NCBI RefSeq assembly: GCF_964204645.1
Contig: NC_134032.1
Coordinates: 8,668,275-8,732,274, forward strand
DNA from: Tubulanus polymorphus
Lineage: Eukaryota > Animalia > Nemertea
Reading direction: 5' to 3'
Length of the DNA stretch: 64,000 bases
Part shown: piece after piece, positions 26,825 to 39,565 of the stretch
Layout of the letters: each line of letters begins with the position of its first letter
Position numbering within the stretch: position 1 is the first letter of the stretch
The notes under the pieces: model-generated
Told to the model about the DNA's origin: nothing
Database searches by the model: none
The model's input: the letters and a program-made list of their open reading frames with translations, nothing else
Translations under genes and position numbers: made by a program

Positions 26825-27371
26825 ACAAGGAAGCAAGGACTTATTCTTAGCGTGTCAAGGTCGATATTCTTTCAAACTGTCTCATGAATAAGATCTTGGA
26901 TCTTTCATTCTTCATTAATTCAATATATTTCATTTCTTGCAGTTTTGCCAGTTCTGACCCGATCTTAACTTTTTTTGTCCGTTCCATTTTCTTTCGAATA
27001 TCTCATCTGAATGAAATAAACAACTCGCCTGAGAACAAGAAACCACATTTCTTTCATCCATTCTTATGACGTCATCCAGTTGTCCGTACTGTCGTAGTTT
27101 CCTTAGTGAGCAGATGAAATATAGACCCGCAAAAGAACGAACGAACGATGCTGATTCTCTATACAGAACAGGACAGCGCACCGAATGTAAACTTTATTCC
27201 TCAAATATATTCAACCCAAGATGATCGGTGTGAAATCCATGTATTTCTTTTGCAGGATTATCTGACACATTTGTCTAATACAATATTCAGTTTTACGATA
27301 CATTCTATATACTATTCAGTACTGTATAGCTTACAATCGAAAGAAACAATTCAACCTTCGACAAGTATAGA

Positions 27372-27460
27372 AGTAATTAGGAAGTAGGCTTTCATACCAG
27401 AGGTCGAGCGGTCGAGACACCACTCATCACCACAAGTAATTTTTTTTCCTAATAAATGGG
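27372..27460 (+). repeat. Left terminal inverted repeat
   Basis: AGTAATTAGGAAGTAGGCTTTCATACCAGAGGTCGAGCGGTCGAGACACC...CCTAATAAATGGG, reverse complement of 44939-45028. Confidence 0.95.
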
Positions 27461-30400
27461 GGAGAATGAACACCAGCCAGAAAACAATAATGTTAATAAA
27501 AATCAATATTATTGCCAATATTGTAAAAAATACATCGATAAATCCCAAAAATCACGACATGAAAAAACTGCAAATCATATAAAAAATGTAATAGATTTTG
27601 AAACTCCAGAAAATTCCAATGAAAGAAAAGAAAGATTAGAAAATATGAATGTGGATGAAATAAAATGTGAAGTTTGTAATGAATTTATAGTAAAAAGGAA
27701 TTATAATAGACACCTCGAATCACAAAAACACCGCCAAAATTTGAGTAATAATGTTTTAGGAAAACATTATTTTGATGATAAACCTCAACAAGTAAAAAAA
27801 CCAACTTCAAAAACTAAATCCATTTCAAATAAACCTTACATGGAAAATGTTAGAAATTATATTGATTCACTAGAAATAAAAGATACAATTGAAATTTTAG
27901 AAACATTAAATAGTAAAATTGGTCCTGCAGCTATTATATTTAGATTTTTCAAAGGAACAACAATAGAAGATTATAGTAAATTTAATGAAATAATAGAAAA
28001 AATACTAGATTTGATAACAGATGTTGAATATCCAAAAATTAGTATCTCTGGGAAAGTAAGTTTTATAAAGTCAGAAGAAAAATTAAATTATAATATTCAA
28101 ACACACTCTGAAGAAATAATTTCAAAAACACAAATAAAAGAGAAGTTAGAAAAAATATTTAATGAATTTAAACGTCATATTGAAGAAAGATATTTTGAGG
28201 GTTCTGGCTTAACATTGAATGAAATTATATATTTAGATTTAAATGTTTACAATACAAAAAGGAATAAAACATCAAAAAGTAATAAAATGTTTAAAAATGA
28301 TTCAAACTTTACAACAGAAAAGGATATTAAAGCATCATCTTATATTAAATTACCATTTACAACAAAAGCAGCAATAAATGTTCAAAATGAAGATAATAAA
28401 TGTTTTCTATGGTCAATTATTAGCTGTTTACACCCAACAGAAGATATGACGCATAGTTTTAGAATAACAAATTACCCGAAATATGAAACATTATATAAAA
28501 TTGATCAATATCCAGTAACTATAAAAATGATTCCTAAAATAGAAAAAGTTAATAATTTAAAAATAAATGTATTTGAATTAATGCAATTACCAAAGACAAA
28601 AGGTGAAAATATTAAAGATTATACATTGGAAGCTTTATATTTAACAGAATATTATGATGATGAAAATTCTATAGATTCTTTATATTACAAAAAAGATGAA
28701 AATGAACATTATATGTGGTTAAAACAAATTGATTTATGCTTTAGAACAGAAAGTGATCACCATAATAAAATTTATCTATGTAGAAAATGTTTATCTAAAT
28801 TTATGACTGAGAATACATTATTAAAACATAAAGAATTATGTGATAATAAAGATTTCTGCAAATAAATAATGCCAACAGAAAAAGATTATAAATTGAAATT
28901 TACTAATCATAAATTTAAGAATATTGTTCCATTTGTAATTTATGGGGATTTTGAATCGTTGAATAAAGAATTAACCGATCAAGATAGAAAAGAAATATAT
29001 AACAAAAAGCAATTATTAAAATCAATGGATAAAGGAAATGAATTAAATGAAGACACAACACAAGACCCACCAATTATAAATACAATTAAAAAAGTTCATC
29101 AAAGAGCTGCTGCTTATGGAATTTACATCAAATCAAATTATCCCGAATTATATGAAAGTCAATATATTTCTTTTAGAGGTGAAAATGTAGTTAATGATTT
29201 TTGTGATAAAATGATTGAATTAGAAAGTGATTTTGCAAAATTATTAAACAAAAATAAAAGAATAGTTATGAAAAAAGAAGATGAAATTGATTTTAATTAT
29301 GCAACTCATTGTTGTTATTGTGAAAAACGTTTTTATTCATTTGATCAAAAAGTTAGAGATCATGATCATTTAAATTCAAAATATCGTGGAGCTGCTCATG
29401 AAGATTGCAATTTACAAGCTAAGAAAGTTAATTTCGTACCAATATTATTTCATAATTTATCAGGCTATGATACCAACAGTATATTTATAAAACAATTATC
29501 GGGAAAATTGGGTGCAATTAATCAAGAAATAGAAGAATATAATGCTACGAATGGTGTAAATGTAAGAAAATATGATTTTAAACTATTAGCTAAAACATCT
29601 GAAAATTATATTTCATTTCAATTTGGTTGCATTAGATTTTTAGATTTTTATAGATTTCTAGCAAGTTCATTAGATAATTTATCAAAAAGTTTAGTTGATA
29701 ATGATTTTGTTATAACTCGATATTATTATCCAAATGAACAAGATTTTAAATTATTGAGATATAAAGGTGCAATTCCTTATTCATTTTATAAAACACACAA
29801 TGATTTTAATGTAACAGAATTATTAAAAGATCAATTTTAAGATCAATTAAAAGAGGAGTATGTGAAAGACGAAGTGTTTAATAGAACATTAAATATTTGG
29901 AACCATTTTAAGATGAAAAATCATGGTGAATTAGTTGATTTATATTCAAAATCAGATGTTATGATATTGGCTGACATATTTGAAAAATTTAGAGAAGTTA
30001 ATTTGAATCATTTTAATGTTGATCCTTGTTATTGCTAGTCCTGGTTTAACCTGGCAATGTGGTTTAAAATATACAAATGTAGAATTAGATTTATTAAAAG
30101 AACCAGATATGGTTTTATTATTTGAAAAATCAATTAGAGGTGGAATTAGTGGTGTTATGGGAGATAGGTATTTTAAAGCAAATGATGAATATAAATTATT
30201 ATATATTGACGCCAATAATTTATATGGTTGGGCAATGATGCAACCTCAACCATATAAAAATTTTATATTAACAGAAGTTGAAAATGATGATAAAACTAAT
30301 TGGGAAAGCGCAATTATGAGTTTAGAAGATGAAGCACCAATTGGTTATTTCTTTGTAGTTGATTTAGAATATCCTGAAAATATAAAGTTTAAAACAAGAA

Positions 30401-32519
30401 ACTTACCTTATTGCCCAGAACATTTAACTGTAGATGATAGTTATTTAAGTGAATACCAGAAGAAAATAAAACCGAAAGATCATGTTTTTACAGAAAAATT
30501 AATACTTACTCAAAATAATAAATACAATTATATTGTTCATTATAGAATGTTAAAATTTTATCTAAAACAAGGAATGAAATTAAAGAAAGTACATAGATAT
30601 ATTGAATTTAATCAATCGAAGTGGTTAGAAAAATATATAGATTTCAATACTCAACAGAGAACAATATCAAAAACAGATTTTGAAAAAGATTTCATCAAAT
30701 TAATGAATAGTAGTTTTTATGGTAAAACATGTGAAAATATTAGAAATAGAAATGATATTGAATTAGTAAATAATTCTGAACGATTAAGACATTTACAATC
30801 AAGTCCTAGACATTTAGGAAATAAAAGATTTGAAGATTATTTAACAGCAGTTAAATTAAAAAGAACGTCAATGAAATTTAATAAACCTATATTTATTGGT
30901 TCAACTGTTTTAGAAGTATCAAAATTATTAATGTATGATTTTTATTATAATGTTTTAAAACCACTTTTTGGGGAAAAGCATATTGAAATATTATATTTTG
31001 ATTCTGTAACAGCTGACACCCCAATATTATTAAAATGTAATGATAAAATATTGATAAGAAGAATTTCAGAAATAATTCCAAAACAAAATGTTATATTTCA
31101 TATGGTGAAAAAGAATTAATACAAATAAATGGTTTAATAGATGTTTGGACAAGAAATGGATGGAAAAAATTAAAGAATATTATTAGGCATAAAACAAATA
31201 AGAAAATCTATAGAGTTAGAACTAAATTAGGATTTGTAGATGTTACAGAAGATCATAGTTTAATTAAACGAAATGGTGATGAAATAAAATGAACTGATAT
31301 AAAAATTGGAGATGAATTATTACATAAAAGATTTTTCCAAAGAATGAATCATATGTCATTTGATGAAATAATTGATAATATTTATAATATAGAACCCGAA
31401 ACATTAGAAGAAAAAAAATATTTTATCAAAGGATTTTTCATGGGTGATGGTTCAGCAGGTGTGTATAATTATGTTTGGGGTAATAAATATTGTTGGTATT
31501 TATGCAATAAAGACTTAAAATTATTAGAAAGAATTAAGAAATTCTGTGAAGAAGTTTATCCAAATAAAACATTTAAAATCATGGATGTTATGAAATCAAC
31601 AGCAGTTTATAGAATACTTGTAAATAATCCTAAAGATTTTGCTATAAAATATAATGATGAATTCTATATTCATGCAATAGTTAAAAGTAATACTTCAACA
31701 AAAGAAAAGATAGTTCCAGATTATGTATTAAATGCAAAAAATAATTTAAGAAAATGGTTCTTCATTGGATTCTATGCTGCAGATGGTTCAAAAAGTTTCA
31801 AAAACCGCAAAACAATATCTTTAGCTCAAAAAGGAAAAGTTGCTATATCAGGATTGAATATATTATGCAGTTCATTAGGATTTAATATGAATATAGAATT
31901 AATTAAATCTAAACCAAATTGTTTTAATTTAAGGCATGTAGAAAAAGATTTAACTGAAGAAGTTAAAGATTTATTTGAAATATATAACCCAACTGACTAT
32001 GTTTATGATTTATCAACAGATGATGGAACATTCAATTCTGGGTTCCCATTAATCCAAAAAAATACCGATGCGTACATACTAAAAATCAAGACAAATGACA
32101 TAACAAAAGACTTAAAAACATTAAAACATCATTTTGATTTTAGCAATTATCCCAAAGATCATGAACTATTTAGCAATGATAATAAAAAGATTCCTGGTAA
32201 GTTTAAAGATGAATTAAGGGGTGATGAAATGATTGAATTTGTTGGGATAAGAAGTAAAATGTATAGTTACAGAACAAAAGATCATGAAGCTAAAAAGTTA
32301 AAAGGAATAACAAAACATGTGGTTGATAAACATATAGAATTTCAAGATTATTTAAAGTGTTCATATAACTCAATTGTAATGAAACACAAAATGAATTGTT
32401 TAAGATCAGAAGATCATGAGATGTACATTAATGAAGTTGAAAAAACTAGTTTAAATCCATTTGATGATAAAAGACATATTTCAGATGATGGTATAAAAAC
32501 ATTACCTTATGGCCATTAA
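27456..32519 (+). pseudogene. polB: Protein-primed family B DNA polymerase with N-terminal C2H2 fingers, OTU-like region, inserted endonuclease VII-like HNH domain and an intein; disrupted
   Basis: INVQNEDNKCFLWS..HY; ExoI VIYGDFES; VRDHDHLNSKYRGAAHEDCNL; ExoII FHNLSGYD; YIDANNLYGWAM; KLMNSSFYGK; YFD/TD; PGKFKDE; GIRSKMY; KLKGI; PFDDKR..TLPYGH. In-frame stops at 28863, 29838 and 31290; frameshifts near 30030 and 31085. Confidence 0.93.
31003..32063 (+). other. Intein (~354 aa) with LAGLIDADG homing endonuclease inside PolB motif C
   Basis: ILYFD|SVTADTPILLK (block A); VDVTEDHSL (block B TxxH, ~31235-31262); IKGFFMGDG and FIGFYAADG (two LAGLIDADG motifs); YVYDLST (block F); LIQKN|TDAY. Excision restores YFDTD. 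Confidence 0.92.
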
Positions 32520-33841
32520 AACAGAAAATCAATATCATCATACTCGAAATCACTATTGGCTTCTTCATTTTCATCTAATTGTTCTTGTATAATTTGTTTA
32601 GGTTCTTCCATTTCATTTTTCTCATTTAAATAACGTGTTATATTATTCCACATTTCATCTCGCTCTCTTTGTTTCTTTTTGTTTGTTAATTCATCAAATG
32701 GAATTATAATATCTATGTTTAAATAATTTACAATCTTATTTAAAAAGAATTCATAATTTATTGAATCTGTTATTCTATTTTCCAAATGATACATTAATAT
32801 TTGTTTAAATATTTTTTTTATATTTTCCATATCTTCTTCTGTTAATTTAGGTTTTTCATAATAATCGTTAAATAATAAATATAAATACATTTTCTTTTGT
32901 TTTGTGTTAAATGTTGACGGAATAATTGTTTTTATAATATCTTTTTTAGTTATTTCCCCATTTTTATTTTCTATTATTTTCATTTTTTCAAGCCATTGCT
33001 TATATTCTGGTGTATAATCCTCTGTAGAAAATATTTTAAAAATTTCATCTACATAATTTAATTTTGGTTCTATGAGAAAATTTCTAGTTTTTTCTTCACC
33101 CCATAAATTCTTTTGCCATCCACAATCAACACAAAATAACACAGTACCTTCTTGTCTTAAGGCCGCATAACTACATTGTGGACATTTTCGTTTATAATTT
33201 ATTGGTAATAGATCTTCATTAAGCTCCTGGTATTTTCTTACGTATTCTTTATGTTTTATTGTTCTATTATGTAGATTTGAATTACTTGTTGTAATAATCA
33301 ATTTACAATATTTACAATAATATGTTTTTCTTGTTAATTCATTATATTGTTTTTCTAACTTTTCAACTGTTTCTTTATTATCTGGTAACGTTTTCTCATA
33401 TTTTATTTTTTCTAATATATTATTTTTTCTTTCATTGAATTCTGCTTCAAATTTATTAGAAATTTTATCTATATGTGCTTTACGAAATTGATGATTCTCC
33501 CAATCTTCTATATTTTCAGGGTTATATTTTATTCGACAAGGCTCGCAGAAATGATCTTTTATATTATCCTTATCATAGAATAAGAAAGGTCTTTTCCAAA
33601 TAATATCAGGTTCAACTTCAACAGAATTACTATTACTTTCATTACTATCAACATTAGCCGTTGCGCCATTAATTTTACACTTCTCTGAATGTTTTTTAAC
33701 ATAATTTCTTGAGAATAATTTATTACATTTTGGGCAGTTTAGTTTAGGGGGTTTATTTTCATCATGTTTTTTCATATGTCGAGCCATATTACTTTTTCTT
33801 AGAAGTTCACCACAAATTTCGCATGGTATCTTCTCATCCAT
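32516..33841 (-). CDS. Polinton multi-zinc-finger protein (several C2H2 + C4 ribbon, acidic tail)
   Basis: CEICGELLRKSNMARHMKKH, CPKCNK..H..KC, CEPC..H....H, CKYCK..HNRTIKH, CPQC..CVDC; intact 441 aa; TAAATG start. Confidence 0.75.
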   Translation of the reverse strand: MDEKIPCEICGELLRKSNMARHMKKHDENKPPKLNCPKCNKLFSRNYVKKHSEKCKINGATANVDSNESNSNSVEVEPDIIWKRPFLFYDKDNIKDHFCEPCRIKYNPENIEDWENHQFRKAHIDKISNKFEAEFNERKNNILEKIKYEKTLPDNKETVEKLEKQYNELTRKTYYCKYCKLIITTSNSNLHNRTIKHKEYVRKYQELNEDLLPINYKRKCPQCSYAALRQEGTVLFCVDCGWQKNLWGEEKTRNFLIEPKLNYVDEIFKIFSTEDYTPEYKQWLEKMKIIENKNGEITKKDIIKTIIPSTFNTKQKKMYLYLLFNDYYEKPKLTEEDMENIKKIFKQILMYHLENRITDSINYEFFLNKIVNYLNIDIIIPFDELTNKKKQRERDEMWNNITRYLNEKNEMEEPKQIIQEQLDENEEANSDFEYDDIDFLF

Positions 33842-33909
33842 TTATTAAGGAAAAATTTTATTAAAATTAATCTTTAGTGATGAGCGGTAATTTTTTTATG
33901 TTATAAATA

Positions 33910-34666
33910 ATGGTAGAATTAAAAGAATACAGAATATTTGTTGATTCTAGAAAACTTACAAATAATAAATCATATAATTTAATAGTTCAATTAGATAGAG
34001 AATTTAAGAATTGTGTTGATTTAAAATTAGTAAATATAAGTTTATGTAACTCATTTTACAATATATCGGATAAAAGTCTAGAACATTTAATTTTTTCAAT
34101 CTTTTACAAAAAAAGGAATAAATGGTTTTTTATATATTTAAAACTAGGATTATATAATTTAGATACATTAGCACAAGAAATTAATAGAAAAGCTCGAGCT
34201 AAATTAGGGAGTGATTCCGGATTTAGTATTAGAATTTTAAAAAGTGATAGTTCTAATAAAATAAAGATTAGGTTAGCTAATGACGAACAATTTAAATTTA
34301 CAGTAAGAAAACCTTTAGGTAAACTGTTAGGAATTAACCCAGATATTGTTACAGCATACGCAGAAGGTAGATCAAACTTAATACCTTTTACACACTTATA
34401 TTTATTGCAATTTAATTGATCCTACAAAAACATTCGAAGCAACTAAAGATACAATTTGTAATTCTAGTATATTAAATATTTTACCATTAAAGAATGTCAA
34501 ACAATTTGGAACGCAAATAAATTATAATTTGACCGAATGTGATTTTAAACCTTGTATTCCTCAATTTAATATTTTTAAATTAGAAATAAGAAATCATAAT
34601 GGTTATTCAATTGATTTGAATAACTTTCCTGTGATATATGAATTAGTTATAAGATGTAGAGAGTAA
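33910..34666 (+). pseudogene. Minor capsid (penton, single jelly-roll)-like gene with one frameshift
   Basis: IFVDSR, NISLCNSFYNI, GLYNLDTL; after a shift at ~34400 it continues YCNLID...KLEIRNHNGYSIDLNNFPVIYELVIR*, the pattern I associate with Polinton pentons. Confidence 0.65.
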
Positions 34667-34682
34667 TTTTTTCACTATATAA

Positions 34683-35039
34683 ATGAATATAACTGTTGGA
34701 CCGAGTATATGTTTTGGATTTGATTTTAAACGTGAGAAAGAAATGAAATTTAACATTAATGATGTAATTACACATATTAAAAGTATTGCATTTACTAATG
34801 AAACAACATTTGAGTATGAAACAACAATAGATAAAGAAACTTTAAATGTAGAAAAGATTACTAATTTAATTAGAGAATCTTTAAGATTTTATGAATTAGA
34901 TGAAGATTTTATCATAGATGATATTAAAAACATATTAACCGAAATATATGATAATCATAAAAGTAGTAATGAAATAAATGTTGAATTAATCATAAATAAG
35001 TTAACTAAATATTTTGAAGATAGTAATTTTTTTGATTAA
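34683..35039 (+). CDS. Polinton hypothetical protein (118 aa)
   Basis: Intact ORF with TAAATG start in the compact gene array. Confidence 0.6.
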   Translation: MNITVGPSICFGFDFKREKEMKFNINDVITHIKSIAFTNETTFEYETTIDKETLNVEKITNLIRESLRFYELDEDFIIDDIKNILTEIYDNHKSSNEINVELIINKLTKYFEDSNFFD

Positions 35040-35741
35040 TAAATGAGTGATAATAAGTGGATAATAACAGGATTATATAATGGAGCATTACTATCAGTTG
35101 GAACTGTTGGTTATTCAATGGTATTAAAAAAAGTATTTAAAATGGGAAGTGTTAATGTTGATAGATTTGTTCTAAATCGACGAAACGAATCCTCGAAAAT
35201 CTATTGAACACGAAAGCACAGCTACATTTCAAACTCAGCGTGTTTATTTTAGCAACTAACGATGCTGCACTATGCCATATAATGCCGGTTTGCTACAAAT
35301 ATGAAAATATATATATAAGTAATCAATTCAATTTATGCAAAGAAAACTAACCCACAGCAAATCTAAAAATTCGTTACTTACAATTACTGTAGCTCCTCGA
35401 GCAAGTTTCTACGAAAATGACCAATGCTCAACTGTGAGATATTCAATATATACTGTATATATAATGTACTAGACTTAGTAACAACAAAGCATGGAGAGGT
35501 TCAATGAAGGGTTACAAATCCTACAGTACTAAAGCTAAACTCGACTACAATAAAATTCTATAGCAGCAAACCGGACTTCAATTTACAACACAGCACCTCC
35601 TAAACATCCGTATCAGACGGTGTTTGAAAATATAACGATATCATATTACAAAGATTACATGATTACTTCAAATACATATTATTGTCGTATCAAATATAAG
35701 TAATTATCTCGCACATACAAATACAAATTTAATCAAGATAA

Positions 35742-37396
35742 TTATACAATACTCTCTTCCAATACGCAAAGCTTAACTACTGGTCGAACATATTCTGACG
35801 AAGAGGTTTTTACTTTTACCGAACGAATTCGTCCATCATTAGGACTAGGATAAACTTCAATAATACGACCCAATGGCCAATGACCACGAGGAATGTCTTT
35901 GTCTTTGATTAACACTAAGTCACCTAATTTGACATTTTCTGTATTTTCTAGCCACTTGCTTCTCATGGTTAAGGGTGGCAAATACTCTTTCAGCCAGCGA
36001 CGCCAAAAGTGGTCTGCCAGAACCTGGGACTGACGCCATCTTTTTCTACTGTTGATTTCACGCTCATGAAATACTCCAAGGGCCACGACAGAACTAGCAC
36101 CCCCGTGTAAAAAGTGGTTTGGTGTAATGGGTGTAAAATCTGCAGGATCCACGCTATTATAAGTTAAAGGTCGACTATTAACAGATGCTTCCACCTCTAT
36201 AAGCGTTGTTCGCAGCACGTTTTCAGGAAATGATTGTCCTTTAAGGACTGATTTGATAGCCGCCTTTACCGTTCGAACCAATCTCTCCCAAACCCCACCA
36301 AAATGGGGGGGCACAGGGACTATTAAAGGTCCATTTAATACCCTTTTCATGACAAAAATTAGAAATACGAGATTGATTTAATTGTGTTAAACATTCTCTT
36401 AACTCTCTCTCAGCTCCAACAAAGTTGGAACCATTGTCACTATAAATATGACTCGGCTGACCACGTCGCCCAATGAAATTCCTCAGAATTAGTAAAAATG
36501 TGTCAGTTTCCATTGAGTCAGCTACTTCCAAATGTACTGCACGAGTTACTAAACACGTGAATAAGCAAACCCATACTTTGATTGTAGAACGCCCTCTTTT
36601 GATATATAAAGGGCCAAAATAGTCTACCCCACTAAATTGAAAGGGTCTGCAATGGCTAGTAATTCTATGTGCGGGTAAATCCGACATAAAAGGAACTCTA
36701 GGCTTAGCTAATCGACGACGACAACCGAAGCACCGCGAAATCGCACGCTTTGCGACAGATCTAGCTTTAATTGGCCAGTACTTTTGACGAACTAATGAAA
36801 TCAAGTGCTCTGGACCAGCATGGAAATGAATAAGGTGTTCTTTTCGTACAAGAAGCTCCGTGATATGATGAGAGAAAGGGAGAAGCAACTGATGGCGCGC
36901 CTCTGCGGAAACATTTGGAGCATTGTGAATCCTTCCACCTACTCTGATACAGGAGCCATCAAAACTGGATCAAGACAGCGCAAAGAACTATGATCCTTTA
37001 ACTTCCCCTTTTTAAGGAAAGAGAACTCCTCTGGGAATGAGTCACGTTGGGCTTGAGAAACTAAGCATGTTTCCGCAAAATCAAAATCTTCCACTGTCAA
37101 AGTTTTTGCTTTTACAGCTTAACGTGGAACGTGTGAGGCAAAATTCCTGATAGCCCTTAAAATCCAAGCTGTTCTGCGTAACAAAGGGTACCAACGAGAA
37201 TAATCCTCCGGCTGTACAAGACCCGTTAAGTCAATGACTGGCTCAGCCTGAGGAAATGCTAAGACTTTATTCACTAGCTTAGTTTTCTTGAGATTTTCAT
37301 CTATATCTGAAATGATACCTAGATCAGGCTGAGACGGCCATTGCTTTTCAGGAACACGGAGAAATTCTGGACCTGCAAACCAACGATGCGAAAAAG
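35742..37396 (-). pseudogene. BEL/Pao end of RNase H region + integrase, fragmented
   Basis: RWFAGPEFL; H...HAG...RQKYW...CFGC; GVDYFGP, FTCLVTRAVHLE, SDNGSNFVGA, PHFGGVWERLV, WPLGRI; frameshifts and stops. Confidence 0.88.
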
Positions 37397-39565
37397 TCAG
37401 ATCAGAAAGTTCTCAATTTGTCGTGAGAGTGAATTTTCATCAACAAGAGAGCATTCCGAAACAATTGAATGGACGTGAACATCGCACAAGTCATTTGACA
37501 TGTTCCCAAACAAACACCACCCTAATCTAGTCCGAATAGCTAAGGGCTGATTTGATGTCCCTTCCCTTACCTCTAATTGTATATGTGCTCTAGGTACATT
37601 TGCACCCAAAAGTACTTTAACCTGACGTGGGAATGTATCAGGAAATCGCAGACCCTCTAAATGTTTCAACTTATGAGGAGAAAATTCATTATATTTCTGA
37701 AGTGGACAACTGATATTACCAGATGTAGTCCATGCTTGGGACACATGAATGATTTCTGACAAAGGATCATTGCTTCGAACGGTAAAGGAAACACGGCGAG
37801 ATAACTGTGCATCGCTTGAGTGAAGTGTGTTGATAGTCAATACTTGTTTTTTACCAGACAACCCTAAATCAATAGCCAGATCTTCACGGATTAATGTCAC
37901 GTCACTCCCAGAATCCAGCAGACCATACGTCGATATACGTCTTCCGTTAGCACCCTGAACCACAATCGGCAAAACCTGAAAATACACGTCAGAACAATTA
38001 CTATCGAGACCAAGAACTATATTGCGTTCTATTGCGCTAGGTGCTACACCTTGACTACTACTGGCTTGCGATTCACTATTACAAGTGTCTAGATTCTGAG
38101 TTTGATTCTTTTGTTCAATATCATTAATTTTGATTTTACGTTTAACATGAAGCAGTGTATGATGTCTCTTGCCACACCCTGGTTCTTTACAGCAAGAAAG
38201 AGATTTGCAAGTCGCAATGAAATGACCAGGTGACAAACAATTAATACACAAACGTAATCTCTTGACTAGAGCAAATCTTTCATCTACCGATTTATCAATG
38301 AAATCTCCACAATTACTCACAGAATGACTACCTGAACAAATAACACATTCAAATATTTTCCCACCTGACACGCAACTGCTAGACATCTGTTTCGTGGAAT
38401 TATTCACATTGATTTTCCGTGATCCTAAAGCATTACTAGAAAAATTATTACGTTTCAATTTCAACCTATTTTGTTGTAATGAAAATGGACCGAAGTCAGC
38501 GTCAACACAATCTTTGAGCCAACTTTCTAGATCAAACAATGTAGGATCTCGTTGTCGAGATATACGTCTAACGAATTCGTTCCATTTTGAACGCTTGTCA
38601 ATCGGGATACGTTTTACAACTTTCTGTAATAAATCACTACTGCCAATTTCAGAAAGATAATTCATTTGTTTTAGAGTAATTAAGCAATCTCTCACACTAA
38701 TGTAAAAGGAACGTAATGATATTGAATCATATGAATTTGTGGGTGGACCGTTCGTAATTGATTCAATATAAGCCCTAGCTACGTGTACTCTGTGTCCAAA
38801 CACAAACTTTAGCTCCTTAAGGGAGCGTGCATAATTACAACCACTAAACCCAAGACCTTGAATGAGCTCTCTGGCCTCACCTTTCACATGCGACTGCAGA
38901 AGGTCTTGACGTCTGGAATCTTTGATCCCGGGACGATTATGTATATATACTTGCACATAAAACTGCTCAATGAACCTTGGCCATACAAGTGGTGAACCGT
39001 CGAACATCGGGAGACCAATTTTCGGTAAATCTCGATCAATCTCCATCTTGATAACGGCTTCTTCCAGGGAGGTTGATGATTCCACATTTACTATAGTTTC
39101 GACTCCTTCGACCAAATCATCGATCCACGCATCAATGGTCCTAAGCGACGAGTTGTTTACAGCATTCGTCACGACATTCTCTGAAAGATCCTCTGCAAAT
39201 GGATGCGACACGGAAGATGTAGACGACGCTTGGAAAACGGGTGCATTCGGATCAAGAGACGAGTCTCTTTTAGCAAAATTGTCTAACCTTTCTAAAGCAA
39301 CCATAGCTTTATCGAAATAACACTCCATCCAACGCCCAGCGGTTTCGATTTCTTCTTCATTCTCGAGTACAGACATGAACTTGTCGTGAGCAGTTTGCAG
39401 ATTTTGCAAACATCCAGTGATACGTTGCTTTGCCGGTTCAACAGCCGCCGATATGCGAACTGAATCCGCAGCATCAATAGCACGAGTAAGCCAACCAGCG
39501 AGACTTGTACGAGTGGCTTTCAACGACTTACTTTTACTAGTATTTGAATCTTCGTTATCGGTCAT
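37397..39565 (-). CDS. gag-pro: BEL/Pao Gag + aspartic protease
   Basis: LPMFDGSPLVWPRF (DUF1759-like), triple Cys-His cluster CVIC..H...C / CINCLSPGH..C / CKEPGCGKRHHTLLH, protease LLDSGSD, RTRLGWCLFG. Confidence 0.9.
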   Translation of the reverse strand: MTDNEDSNTSKSKSLKATRTSLAGWLTRAIDAADSVRISAAVEPAKQRITGCLQNLQTAHDKFMSVLENEEEIETAGRWMECYFDKAMVALERLDNFAKRDSSLDPNAPVFQASSTSSVSHPFAEDLSENVVTNAVNNSSLRTIDAWIDDLVEGVETIVNVESSTSLEEAVIKMEIDRDLPKIGLPMFDGSPLVWPRFIEQFYVQVYIHNRPGIKDSRRQDLLQSHVKGEARELIQGLGFSGCNYARSLKELKFVFGHRVHVARAYIESITNGPPTNSYDSISLRSFYISVRDCLITLKQMNYLSEIGSSDLLQKVVKRIPIDKRSKWNEFVRRISRQRDPTLFDLESWLKDCVDADFGPFSLQQNRLKLKRNNFSSNALGSRKINVNNSTKQMSSSCVSGGKIFECVICSGSHSVSNCGDFIDKSVDERFALVKRLRLCINCLSPGHFIATCKSLSCCKEPGCGKRHHTLLHVKRKIKINDIEQKNQTQNLDTCNSESQASSSQGVAPSAIERNIVLGLDSNCSDVYFQVLPIVVQGANGRRISTYGLLDSGSDVTLIREDLAIDLGLSGKKQVLTINTLHSSDAQLSRRVSFTVRSNDPLSEIIHVSQAWTTSGNISCPLQKYNEFSPHKLKHLEGLRFPDTFPRQVKVLLGANVPRAHIQLEVREGTSNQPLAIRTRLGWCLFGNMSNDLCDVHVHSIVSECSLVDENSLSRQIENFLI

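Noticed and set aside
28863-31292. PolB stops and frameshifts as programmed recoding or an alternative genetic code
   Set aside because: Mixed TAA/TGA stops plus indels, and TAA ends normal ORFs in the same element; ordinary decay is simpler.
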